Of a stretch of 53,848 bases of DNA, positions 38,373-50,072 are shown piece by piece; the first letter of the stretch is position 1, and each line of letters starts with the position of its first letter. The DNA comes from Chiloscyllium plagiosum (taxonomy: Eukaryota). The notes under the pieces are model-generated. The model made no database searches. It was not told where the DNA came from and saw only the letters and a program-made list of their open reading frames with translations. A program made the position numbers and the translations under genes. The stretch covers positions 20,428,362-20,482,209 of the forward strand of contig NC_057719.1 of assembly GCF_004010195.1 (NCBI RefSeq), written 5' to 3'.

Positions 38373-39761
38373 CACTTATCTTATTATTCACTTATTATTA
38401 GACTTCTGAATGGACATGTGACAATAATAAATCAAATCAACTCAAATCAAATCAAATCAAAAAACTTGCTTGTTCATAAAGAAAATTCAATTTGGAAGTT
38501 TATTTTGAGTACATTGCATATTTGATCAAATATTACATCTAAATAAATAATAACAAGAAAAGTTACTCAACCATAACTAACTTTAATTTAAATATGTATT
38601 AAAATTATCCTAGTGCAATTAGAATAATTAGTCAGTGTGTCACCCTGAATATATATCTTGCCCGTATATCAACTTCTGTTAAAGGTTCAATTGGAAAAGG
38701 GTATAGAAGTTCAGGAGACAATTTATGCTCCATCTGAAGGATCATAGCTTTTATCCTAAACATGTCCAACAATCATACTGAGACAAGGGTTGGTTCTTAT
38801 TATTCATGCCACTCTTTTCTTCAAAATTCTTCAAGAGCAGATTTTGTCAAGAAAGATCAGCTCATCAAATAATGTTTCCATCTGTTTTGATAATCCCTGC
38901 ACCCTTAAAATGTCTGCTTTCCAAAGATAGTTAAATCAGGCAAGGCTTCCAAATGGATATCATTTTCAACTACCGCTGTCCAAAATGAGATTGCAGGATC
39001 AACTCAAAAAAAGTTGTAATTTTCTGAGTTACTACAACAGTGTGTATCACTTAGCCACCTCATCACTGTTCCTTTCCATTCAGTTTTCCATGCACTTTGA
39101 CACTGATACTTGAAGTGGTAAACTATTCAAATAGCTGCATCATGAATCTTCAATATGATTAACTACGTTTTCCCTGAAATCTATGGTTGTTATTAAAGTA
39201 ATATGTGTGAACAGAATATAAGTACTGCTAATACAATTAGTAGTAGAGTTGAGAAAAATTGAAAAATATAACAGCTACACGAAATGGAGAAACCACATAA
39301 CAGGTTGATTTTGCTTATCATCCACTATTTTTACTTCCCCTAGATTTTATAGGACTACACCTCTTAGTAATACAGATTTAACTCGATCAATTTAATTTCT
39401 TAAGGAGGGAGAGATAAATTGAACCATTATAGAGACATTATATCCAAGCAATGCAATGCTGTTTTAAATAGCAGAGTTTACATTGAGCCAGCAATCTACT
39501 TTCTGTTAACTGAGGCCTGCAATACTTAAACTGGCTAAACGCCAGCCAGTCTCCTGTCAGAAAATAATAAACAGCACATCTATTTTATAATATTTTGATT
39601 CAACTTAAATTTCCTGCACAGATATACCAGAAAAAAAAAGTTATGGGCCTCCCACTTATCATTACAATCTCAAACCATATAATTTTCTGGTGGTACAGAT
39701 TTTATATTTACAGATTTTTGCCATTAACTTAAATTTCTTATGTGCCCTAATACATGGAGTT

Positions 39762-39802
39762 TCAGAGTGAATAAAGATATCGCATACTTGACAGCAAGAA
39801 TA
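39762..39802 (+). repeat. 41-bp perfect direct repeat, copy 1
   Basis: TCAGAGTGAATAAAGATATCGCATACTTGACAGCAAGAATA, identical to 42222-42262. Confidence 0.95.
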
Positions 39803-40549
39803 GAACAATTCTCATAAATATTAATCAACTATTCAGTCACAGACTGTGCCTGGTGCTAATTCCTTTCTGCTATTAAAGTATTATATCAGAGGGTCCATTT
39901 CATGATGTGCAGAGGCTAGTGCCCTTTATTGACTGAGGTTGAACAGGGCATGAGCTTTCAAACCAAATTTGCAATTCAAATCTTTGCTCATAATGTACAA
40001 TTCCTTAGCTTCCATAATTCTCTCGTCTGGTGCTGCAGCTGGAAATGATGAGCAAAATGCATGTAATATAAATACATACAGCATTTTAATGCAATGTTCT
40101 ATTTGTAGTAGTTCAATAATTGTATATTGAAGGTGATCATATACATTGTGGTTAAGTGAGAGAGACTGGATAGCCTGGGACTCTTTCCTTGAGAAAATAG
40201 AAAACTGAGGTCTGATCTAACAGAAGGCTTAAAACTTTTGAAATGGGCTTAATTGGGAGAAAACAATGAGTAAATTTTATTCTGTTGATAAGCCAAAACT
40301 TGAGGTCACAAATATGAGATAGTCATTTATAAATCTAATGATGGATCAGTTTGTCACTAGCTAGGATTCAGGCTAGGGTTTGCTTAAGGTGACTGTCAAA
40401 TCCCTCCTTGATATTGTCATTTGCTTCAAGTGTAAAAGTGATGCATTACTAATAGCGCCATGCTGGTTACTCATTAGACCAAGCTTGGAAGTCACGAGGC
40501 ACTCACACATCCCACAGGGGGAGTTACTGAGGCACAATTTTAGATTAAG

Positions 40550-41235
40550 CCTCAGAATGCAGATGACACTTACGTCGATGATCACTGAGAAAGTGAGTTC
40601 TAGGTTATTATTCTGAAGAGTATGAGAAAATGAGTCGTTCAGCCAACACTGAGAAAACCGAAGTTCTCTTCTGATCAGCTCACAGCCTCCCCCATCAATC
40701 AAAAACAATGACAATGTCCTGAATCACCTTTTGAGAAAGGCAGACATAGATGAATGAATTCATCGCTGCTTCAATGTGCCAAGTTGGGGTTTGGCCAACT
40801 TAGATGAAAATGTATTTGAGAAGTTGGAACTCAAACTTAAGACAAAGGTCATGGTTTACTCAGTAAGTAGTAAGTCCCTAGTTCCTATTGGACGACCTAC
40901 AGCATGTATCTCAATACAGTGGAGAATTAGCATCAGCAGTGCCTCCACAAATATCCCAAATCTCATAACAAAAAGGGGGTTTAACAGCAGCACGCTGTCT
41001 CAATGAAACTAATTTATAAAGCATTGAGGTGTTACCTACTGTGGATGGGACCTGCTCTTTGTATATCTGACACCAGAATCCCAAAACAACTATTCAGTCA
41101 TCTTAGGAGACTCCCAGTGGGATATTGGAAACTCTTTTGGGACATCTTTAAGGCATCACTGCCTCATCAGGGGAGTCCCTGGCTTCATTCTGACCAAAAC
41201 AGGGAACACTTATTCAGACAGGCTTCAGTTTAACA
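40550..41235 (+). mobile_element. Old RTE LINE fragment
   Basis: gcagatgac (ADD) at about 40559; aaacttaagacaaaggtcatggtttac (KVMVY); tctgacaccagaatcccaaaacaactattcagt (SDTRIPKQLFS); LKASL-like end. Confidence 0.65.
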
Positions 41236-42052
41236 TTTCATGTGAAAAACAGGAACTCCAATACAGCAGAACTCCTTCAGTGGAAGCCTTGATGTTCATG
41301 CTCAAGTCTTGGACTGAGTCTTGCACTCAACAACTTTCCAATTGTTAGGGGCAAGAGAACTATCAAATGAGCAAGAGTGGAAGCATTAATCCAATCGTGA
41401 GGCTTCAGCTGCTCTGTGGCACTTTGGTGAAATTCTACCACTTAAGTAAAGTAAAATTGTCAGCAAAATAAATCAAGCTTGTGGCAAAACTCAATTAACA
41501 TCATCATATCAACAAATATTTCTAAACAGCCAGTGGTGTTTTTGACATATACAGATACTAACCAATGAACCTGAATTAACATTTTATATGTCATATTCAA
41601 TATTTTACTTCCAATCTTTGTCATGGAGATTTCAATTCCCCTTCATTTGAATGCTAATTTCCCTTGCAAGGATCAGAGAACAATACAACTTGAATGCCAT
41701 TGTTTGTTACAGTGATGTGGTATAATAAGAAAGATTTGCCTCAATCTATGATGTACTTGCAATAAATTCAATTGTGTTTCTGATAATGCACTCAGATTCC
41801 CTCAGTAATTGCCCATGACAGTCAGGAGACATTGGCTTTACAGAATATTAACTTCAAAGAATAAATTAAGCTATCACAAATATAAAATGGGACATAAATT
41901 AAAGACAGTAAATACTATTCAAAATGAATCACTAAATGCCACATCCATAATAATGAAGCACAAACTTTTTAGTCACACTTGCCTTCTTGAATCCTTCGTT
42001 ATTTATCATCATTGTGGATTCATTAGCTATATTCCAACAAACTTTAAACTAA

Positions 42053-42192
42053 ATAAAAACCAAAAGAACTGCGGATACTGTAACTCAGAAATAAAAACAG
42101 AAGAGTCACCAGACTGGAAACGGTAACTCTGATTTCTCTTCACAGGTGTTGTCAGACCTGCTGAGCTTTTCCAGCAACTTCTGGTTTTGTTT
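42053..42192. mobile_element. Inverted-dimer PLE-terminus element with a 15-bp TSD
   Basis: Minus-oriented tail (aaaaccaaaagaactgcggatactg..cagaaataaaaacagaa) joined to a plus-oriented partial HHR and tail. CAAACTTTAAACTAA at 42038-42052 and 42193-42207. Confidence 0.8.
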
Positions 42193-42221
42193 CAAACTTT
42201 AAACTAATCTCACTATCACCA

Positions 42222-42262
42222 TCAGAGTGAATAAAGATATCGCATACTTGACAGCAAGAATA
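42222..42262 (+). repeat. 41-bp perfect direct repeat, copy 2
   Basis: Identical to 39762-39802. Confidence 0.95.
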
Positions 42263-42291
42263 TTCAGTGGACTTGCATTCAATTCTGGTGT

Positions 42292-42491
42292 TGCTATAAG
42301 CTCAGTTGGCTTTGTAGCAAGGCAGAGTGATGCCACCAGTATGGGTTCAATTCCTGCACCAGCTGAGATTACCATGAAGGGCTCTCCTTCTCAATCTTTC
42401 TCATTGCCTGGGGTGTGATGACCCTCAGGTTAAACTGCCACCAATCATCTCTCTCTAATGGAAGAGAGGAACTGTGGTGACTTTACCTTTC
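42292..42491 (+). mobile_element. tRNA-derived SINE family C
   Basis: A box agctcagttgg and B box gggttcaattcc. Body ccctcaggttaaac..tctctctctaatg..gtgacttta, with a reverse copy at 49925-50072. Confidence 0.7.
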
Positions 42492-43068
42492 ATCATCAAT
42501 ATGCAGCAAAGGCTCTCAATATGTGAAAAGACAGCGTACAATAAATCAGAAACTATCCACTATAAGTAGAAAAGGTACAACACTGAGTATTATTAACATA
42601 TTAGATTTTGACATTTCTGTTGCGGTAGCAGGGTGTTTACAAGAAATAATTGGATGTGATGTCAAAAGATGCATCAGCCAGCCATAAGAGAAGATGATAT
42701 CATTTAAACTTAGGATAAATTTTTAAGGCAAAATTATTCCTTATAGTGAGGCAAAGAACGTTAAATTGATTTGCAAGATAGTTGTGAGGCTTATAGAAAT
42801 TATGGAAATTTGGATGTGAATAAAACAGTAATTGGCTATTTTGGGAGGGCGTTTACAGAAATTGCTGATTAACTCTGTCTTCAATGAGGGCAGTAACATA
42901 TGTCTTCACATCTGCACATTGAGCCATCCAACAACATCAATTAACATAAAAGGTCATGCTGAGGGAGTAAGCCTCTGAAATAACATATGAAAGATGGAGT
43001 CAGCTGTTAATCCAATTATTAAATTGAAGTGTGCAGCTAACCAAACACAAAAAAAAGCCATTCTTTTT

Positions 43069-43160
43069 GAGTTCTGATGATGTAATTGATCTGAAATATT
43101 AACCCTAGGAGTCTCTGCGCAAATGTTGTTTGGTTTGCTCAGTGATTCTCAGACACTCCA
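43069..43160 (+). mobile_element. Old solo PLE-terminus element with HHR core
   Basis: GAGTT CTGATGA TGTAATTGATCT GAAA TA TT AACCC followed by a degenerate tail. Confidence 0.5.
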
Positions 43161-43511
43161 GTCTTAATGCAGACAGAGAGCATGGAGAGAATAGAGGCTT
43201 ACTGAGCAGTGGAATAAGCATTCATCACTCCTCACATTAGTCCATGGGAATATCTCAATTCTCAAAGATATTGTCTTGGTCAGCTTCAACATGCTGGGAA
43301 TTGAAAATGCTAATTTTATAACTTTGCATTTTCATTGAAACAATTTACCTACAAGGAATGCAAATTGACCTAGATCATAACCATGGTGGCTGTTGATGCT
43401 CCAACAACTTTCCCATTTACACTGCCTCTCTGCTTTATTTTTTATTTCCTTACTTGCCTGACCACAGCTACTTTCACTTTGTGCCATTCTGAATCTCCAC
43501 TGTTGTCCATC

Positions 43512-43852
43512 TAGATTAGATGATTAGATTAGGTTCCCTACAGTATGGAAACAGGCCATTCAGCCCAACAAGTTCGCAGTGCCCCTCCAAAGTGTAACCC
43601 ACCAAGACCCATTCCCCTACCCTATATTTACCCCTGACTAATGGACCTAACACTATGGGCAATTTAGCCTGGCCAATCCACCTGACTTGCACATCTTTGG
43701 ATTATGGGAGGTAACTGGAGCACCAGGAGGAAACCCACGTAGATATAGGGAGAATGTGCAAACTCCACATATACAGTTGCCTGAGGTTGGAATCAAACCT
43801 GGGTCCCTGGAGCTTTGAGGCAGCAGTGCTAACCACTGAGCCACTATGCTGT
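43512..43852 (-). mobile_element. HE1-type V-SINE
   Basis: Reverse complement of the full HE1 layout, with a TAATC-type tail at the left. Confidence 0.9.
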
Positions 43853-44034
43853 CCACTATGCATACATCTAATGAAATTCTAATTCTTTTTCCCTTCGTTT
43901 CAACCTTTCTTAACTCCGTACTAGCTTAAAACATTGCAGACTCTCTAACATTTTTCCAGTTCTAGTTGTCTTAACATCTCTACTTGGAAAAAAAGTAACA
44001 AGCTTTGATTAAAGAAATTACTTCAAGGTAACAA

Positions 44035-44715
44035 GGCAGAATCAGTCCAGGTTTTATAAAACAGAAATCAATCTATTGGTATTCTTTGAGGAAGTACCAT
44101 GTACCATGGACCATGGATAAAGAAAAAACAGTAGATTTACCATATTTAGTTTTTGAGAAGCTTTTTCGAACCAGTATCATATCATATTTTAAGATCATTG
44201 CCAATAATAAAAGCTTACCATGTAGACATTGGCATCTTGGCATAGATAGAAGATTGACTAGATAACAGGAGGCAGAGAATGGGTTTAAATGGGTCTTTTT
44301 CAGGTTGGCAAGATACAATGAATGGTGCATCATAGGACTCCTCAGCTGGGACCTCAACTGTTTATAATTTATATCAATGACTTGTATAAAGGAACGGAGT
44401 TATGGTTGCCAAGTTTGCTGATGATGCAAAGGTAGATGGGAAAATAAACATGAGGAGGACATACGGAGGTTACTACAAAATACAGATAGGTTAAGCGAGA
44501 GGGGTAAGACATGGAAAATGGTAGAAAGAATGAATAAGAAGCCTATTATTTAAATTGTAGAGTTCTGAAATGCAGAGGGAAGTGTGTGCCTAATTGCAAG
44601 AATTACAAAAAGTTAGTAAGCAGCTACAGAAGTAGGGAAGTTAATGGAATTTTGTAAATTATTATGAGAGTAATTGAATACAAAAGTAGGAAGGTTATGT
44701 TTCAGTTGTACAGGT
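44035..44715 (+). mobile_element. Old CR1 RT fragment
   Basis: atttatatcaatgacttg (IYINDL) and gccaagtttgctgatgatgcaaag (AKFADDAK). Confidence 0.78.
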
Positions 44716-44725
44716 ACGACTTCGT

Positions 44726-44829
44726 GTTCTGAGGAAGGGTCACTGGACCCAAAACGTTAACTCTGATTTCACAGATGCTGCCAGACCTGCTGAGCTTTTC
44801 CAGTAATATCTGTTTTTTTGTTTCTGATT
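44726..44829 (+). mobile_element. Solo PLE-terminus element with HHR motif
   Basis: GTT CTGAGGA A GGGTC-ACTG-GACCC AAAA CG TT AAC (one CpG decay from GAAA), then cagatgctgccagacctgctgagcttttccag. Confidence 0.8.
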
Positions 44830-45244
44830 AACGCAGATTACGGATTTTTGGATTATGCTTGTTGAAGGCTTGTTCTTTCAGCCCCTGAACATTGCAATGG
44901 TAGTTCCTCAGGTTCATGTCTAAGACTGATCATTTTCAGTGGTCTCATTCATAATCGTCCTTGCAGCACAGAGTGGAAGGATCATGAATGTTTATTTCAC
45001 TGCAAGGTGCACTCTGGATTAGTACACATATATCCACCCTGCATCTTGGTGAAAATGTTAGTTAGGAAACAGATCAGCTGCAATTTCATTAAGTAGTTCG
45101 CATGTCAACTTGGCTATCTCAATATTGCACCGTTTCTGATCCATAGTGCTCAGATTCATAGGGGGGAGTGAATAAAAATAAAATAAATATTTCAAGTTAA
45201 ATGGCACTTTTTCTTCATGAGTTCAAGTGTCTTATTATCAATAT

Positions 45245-45380
45245 AGTTCTTTTGAAGTGATAGGAGCTGCAGAATGAAAGAAAACCTAGCAGTTAATTTG
45301 TGCAACAAGACTGTATAATCAACAATGTAATGGTGAGGTCATCTGTTTTAGTGTTGCTTGGCCAGAACACTAGAGAAACT
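45245..45380 (-). mobile_element. DeuSINE-like fragment
   Basis: ttttgaagtg..gcagttaatttgtgca..aacaatgtaatgg..atctgttttagtgttg..tggccagaacac..gagaaact. Confidence 0.55.
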
Positions 45381-46055
45381 TAGAATTAGAATTAGCTTTA
45401 TTGTCAAATATACACTTTGGGTACAAGTTTTTAAGTACAAATTTTTAGGGGAAAAAAATTAGAAAAATAAAGAAATAAAACTTCAGAATAATAGTCCTTC
45501 TAATCCAGTCCCTGTGGCAACTTGCCTTCGGTCAGTGCCAGGCTTCATCTCAAGTCCAGATGTCCACGTTGAGATCTCTCGGCAAGACACTGCCACTCCA
45601 GGCCTGCTGAGAGACTGCCACACCAGGCCTGGAGGATACCACACTGGGCCAGAAGACTACCACACTGGGCCAGGCCACTGAGAGACTGCCACACTAGGCC
45701 ACTGAGAGACTACCAACCAGACCACGGAAAGACTGCCACACTGTGCTACTGACAGACTGCCACATCAGTCCTGGAGACTGCCACACCATGCCGAGAGAGT
45801 GCCGCTCGGGGCCAGGGGACCGCCACACTGGGCCACCGAGAGATCACTGCGCCAAGCCATGAGACAGCAATGCCGGGCCACCAAGAGACCATAACGCCAG
45901 GACCAAACTGACACTGAGATTCTGAGTCCGTGCTGAGGCTGCGAGTTCAGGATATCACCAAGAAAAAAGAAGGAAAAAAGCACAAAAGAGAGAAGAAAGA
46001 AATGGATAGAGTTGGTGAGTTCCAACTGGAGAGTTCTACTTCACCACCATTTTGA
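45380..46055 (-). mobile_element. Probable non-autonomous retroelement carrying a minisatellite
   Basis: Minus strand starts CAAAATGGTGG (a decayed AAGATGGCGG-like start) and ends CAATAAAGCTAATTCTAATTCTAA (polyA signal plus microsatellite tail). Confidence 0.45.
45586..45905. repeat. Degenerate GC-rich minisatellite, unit about 20-24 bp
   Basis: Roughly 14 imperfect units of GAGACTGCCACACTGGGCCACT. Confidence 0.85.
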
Positions 46056-46167
46056 AATATTACAGGAAGGGAATTAAGTGAAGATGATGCCTGATGAACT
46101 TGACAGATTTTCTTTGAAGTCCTTAATGTTTGTTCAAAATGTTGTCGTGGATTCTTTAATGTTCAAT

Positions 46168-46322
46168 AAAGTGTGGTGCTGGAAGAAACACAATGGGTCA
46201 AGCAGTCCTGATGAAGCTTGAAACATCAACTTTCTTGTTCCTTCGATGCCTGACTTGTTATGCTTTTTCCAGCACCACAGTTTATCGACTCTGATTTCTC
46301 CAGCATCTGCAGTCCTCACTAT
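46168..46322. mobile_element. Inverted-dimer PLE-terminus element (second subfamily) with HHR core
   Basis: gtggtgctggaa..aa pairs with ttttccagcaccac. The centre reads CTGATGA AGCTT GAAA CA TC (46208-46227). Ends cagcatctgcagtcctcact. Confidence 0.72.
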
Positions 46323-48099
46323 CTGCTATGGATTATTTTTTATAAATAACAAGGAGGGTTCCATGTATCATCTGAAAATCTATTTCTCCATCAGTTCTTT
46401 TACCTTGACAGAAGCTCAAGGGTAAATCAGAAAATGTCATGATTTGGCCCCTAAGTGTTTCACTCTTGTTTTGTTTTGACTGTAAATGTCAGTGTGCTCT
46501 GAAACATAAATTATTTGGACTAGAAAGGACCAGGATATTTTAGATTTTGAGGCCATAGATCCAGAATTCATAAACTCTGCCCAGGATTCTGCCAGCATCC
46601 AGATGTAAACATCACCTTAGTTAAAAGGAATTGGCCTGCCTATAGGTCTTCCCGAGTCTTGAAAACAAACATGTTCATTCTGCAATTCCCCTTGCGAGTC
46701 TCATCTATTTTGACGGTTGATTTCACACTTGCAGATCGATTATCTGAGCTTTGAGTTTTGCTCCAAGTCTTTCAGTTTTGTGGGCATTGATCCTGAGCTT
46801 GCTTCTGTAGTTTTGGTATTTTTCTGATGAGGTTCACAAATCAACTTGCATCTCGAGGGCTGCAAGTCTCTCAAGGTGTTTTTGAAGTACTGTACGGCTG
46901 GCTTTTCCAGTTCATGGTTTGATGTGGTACGCTTGGATTCAGAGCCTGCCTTCTGCTGTCTGCTGCATGAGAGAGTAGGTTGCTTGTGGACTTTGCTGTG
47001 TCAGATATGCTGGTGGTTATTCAAAGCAAGCTTTCTATAGGAGGTTGATGGTTTTGGAAGACTTTAGTCAAGGCAAGCATATTAATCTGTGCAGACATCC
47101 AACTCTTAACAGTATCATTGAATCTGGAGGTGTGATAATGTAATAAAAGGTGTGTGATTTATACATATGTTATCATTTTTGGAGTTAACATTTCAAAATA
47201 GTGGCATATGGTTGTTGGTTATTTTTGGGAAATGAAATTTGGTTCAGATAGTCCTGTTGGAACAATGACCTAATCCTGCCTGTGACAGAGAGAAGGTGAC
47301 TATGAACCCCTGCAGTGTTAATGGAAAGTTGTTTATATTGATTTATGACAAGTAATATAGACATTTAGAATAATCGAGGAGTGATTAGAATTTAGCAAAT
47401 TCAGGGACTGAAGTTTTTTATAGTGGTTTGAAGGAAATCTGAACACAGTTAAAAGTACAGCTTCTCTCCTCGAAAATTGTATTAGACAGTTCAGGGAAAA
47501 CTCAGTCTTTTTAGTTAGAAACTGGTAATTTCTGATACTTGCAAACCAGAAATGCTTTGTTAGAAATCTATGAGGGATTAAAAATGAAGGAACTTTTAAG
47601 CTTTCAGTTTTGTGAACGTTTATGGAAGAAGACTTCACAGTTCACAGGAAAGAAACTGGAGTGAATTAGTTAAGTCAAACTTGAAGATTTGATATTGAGA
47701 TGTAATTTCTTCAGACTTGAATCTCTGGGATAGCTGGTGTCAGAAAGTCGGTTGAAAATTTGTTTTGCTGTGTGTTTTAAGTTATTTTTAAACTGTGTTC
47801 TATATCAAAATTGCTTTTTTTTATTGTTTTTTATCTTTTGAACAGTAAAATTCTATCTTGTTTGAAGAAATAGTGTAGCCTTTTGTGACTATGGTTTGGC
47901 AAATGAGCACCACATTCAACAACATTTCTATTAAAAAAAACAAGCATATGATCCCCCAAGACAGATTTTATTCTGTGATCTGATTTGATCATAGCATAAC
48001 TTCATTGCATAAAGTTAGCAGGAGTTTGGATGCTCTGGCCTTTCGCAGTGTTATCTCCCAGTGGTGAGAGTTCAGAACCATTAGTCTTTTGCCTAACAC

Positions 48100-49035
48100 A
48101 TTTCAGTTGCTTCATCAATGACCTTCCCACGATCAGGGGTGTATTTTGCTGATGACTGCATAATGTTCAGCATTATTTGTAACTCCTCGGATACTGAAGC
48201 AGTCCATGTTCAAGTGCAACAAGATCTGGACAATATCCAGGTTTGGGCTGACAAGTCTCAAGTGACATTCGTGCCACACAAATGCCAGGTCATGACCATC
48301 ACCAATAAAAGACTATCTAACTACAGCCCCTTGACATTAGTGGTGTTACAATCAATTAATCCCCAATATTAACCTCCTAGAGGTGATCATTGGTCAGAAA
48401 CTCAACTGGACACACCACTTAAACTGAATAGTTACAAGAGAGGTCAGAGGCTAGGAATACTGTGGTGAGTAACTCACCTGCTGACTCTCCAAAGTCTGTC
48501 CACAATCTACAAGTTACAAGTCTGGACAGTGATGTACTAGTCCCCACTTGCCTGAATGAGTGCATCTCCAACAATGCTCAGAAAGCTTGACACCATCCAG
48601 GACAAAGCAGCTGGCTTGATTGTCGCTACATCCACAAGCATCCACTCCCTCCATCCCCGAGACTCAGTAACAACAGTGTGCACTATCTACAAGATGCACT
48701 GCAGAATTCACTAAAGATCCTCAGACAGCACCTTCCAAATCCACAGCCACTTCCAGCTAGAAGGAAAAGAGCAGCAGATGCATGGGAACATGACCATGAA
48801 CATTAAATTCCCCTCCAAACCACTCACCATACTAACTTGGAAGGATATTGCTGTTTCTTCACCATTGCTGGGTCAAAATCTTGGAATTCCCTCCCTAATA
48901 GCATTGTGGGTCCACCCCCAGCAGGTGGACTGTAGAGGTTCAAGAAGACAGCTCATCACCACCTTCCCAAGGGCATCTAGGGATGGACAATAAACGTTGG
49001 CCGGCCAGCAACACCCACATCCCATGAATTAACAA
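48100..49035 (+). mobile_element. CR1/L2-superclade LINE RT fragment to 3' end, distinct family
   Basis: FADDC..QQDLDNIQVWADKSQVTFVPHKCQVMTI; tail ctagggatggacaataaacgttggccggccagcaacacccacatcccatgaat. Confidence 0.88.
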
Positions 49036-49204
49036 TTGTAAAAAAAACTTGAATTTTAAGAATTTTACATACGCTTTTAGTCCAGCAGGTTTACTCTGGA
49101 TAGGAATAACAAAGGCAAGTTGAACAATGGGATATGCCCAATGTTCTTTATTAAAGCAAAGAGGAGTACAACGTACTGCAGTAGCGGTAATACATCACAA
49201 GTTC

Positions 49205-49625
49205 ATATGGAAGAGGAGCAGGCCACTTAGACCAATCAGCCTGTTCCAACACTCAATGAGATCGTGACTGATCTGAGACTGAACTCCATATACCTGCCTT
49301 TGGTCCCAGATTCTTTAATATCTTTGCTTGACAAAAATATATCTGTCTCAGGTTTATAATTAACAACTGATCCTCCATCTACTGGCATTTATGAGTTCCA
49401 AATATTTACCAGCCTTTGTGTGTAGAAGTGCTTCCTAACATCTTTCCTTAACAGTCTGGCACTAATTCTCAGACTATGCTCTCTTGTTCTAGAGTCCCCA
49501 ACTAGTGGAAGTTGTGTATTTTATTTATCAATACTTTTCCTGTTAATATCTCGTGCATTTCAATCAGATCACCCCTTAACCTTCTAACTTCCAGAGGAAA
49601 TAGGCCTAATTTGCATAATGTCTAA
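49205..49625 (-). mobile_element. CR1 3' fragment
   Basis: ggagcaggccacttag..cagcctgttcc tail, gagttccaaa..cctttgtgtgtagaagtg, tcaatcagatcaccccttaaccttcta (reverse of RRLRGDLIE). Confidence 0.8.
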
Positions 49626-49924
49626 TTGGTATAATGTTTGATCAATTACTAATTAGGACTTGCTTGTTTTCCTTGGAAAGAGGCTAATCTCTTGGTTTTA
49701 ATGAACTTTACATTCATCTTAGCCTGCTCAGCTGAGACCATTTATATGTCATCCAATAAATTGTATGATATTGACACAGTACAATTCTATGATTAAGTGC
49801 ACTTTGTTTAGCTGATTAAATAGTCACATTATCAGATTAAATTCATTGTTCTTATTTTAAAACATGACTCCAGACTTTCAGAGCTCCTATGACAATTTGA
49901 TGCATTACTGTTGAGTTTAAGGTA

Positions 49925-50072
49925 AATAAAGTGACTACAGTCTTACCAGAACACAGGGCTGCTATCTCATTTGAGAGAGACTGATGACGTTTGACCTGAG
50001 GATCACCATGCCTCATTCAAGGAGAGAGGTGAAAAAGAGAGTCTTTCAAAATAATCTCAGTCGGTGTGGGAA
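49925..50072 (-). mobile_element. SINE family C, reverse copy
   Basis: Reverse-complement similarity to 42350-42491. Confidence 0.6.

Noticed and set aside
45586..45905. CRISPR-like array
   Set aside because: Degenerate contiguous units with no unique spacers, no cas genes, and a vertebrate context.
47131..48000. Solo LTR (TGTGA...CATAAC)
   Set aside because: The ends are suggestive but I found no TSD and the start is ambiguous (47131 or 47281).
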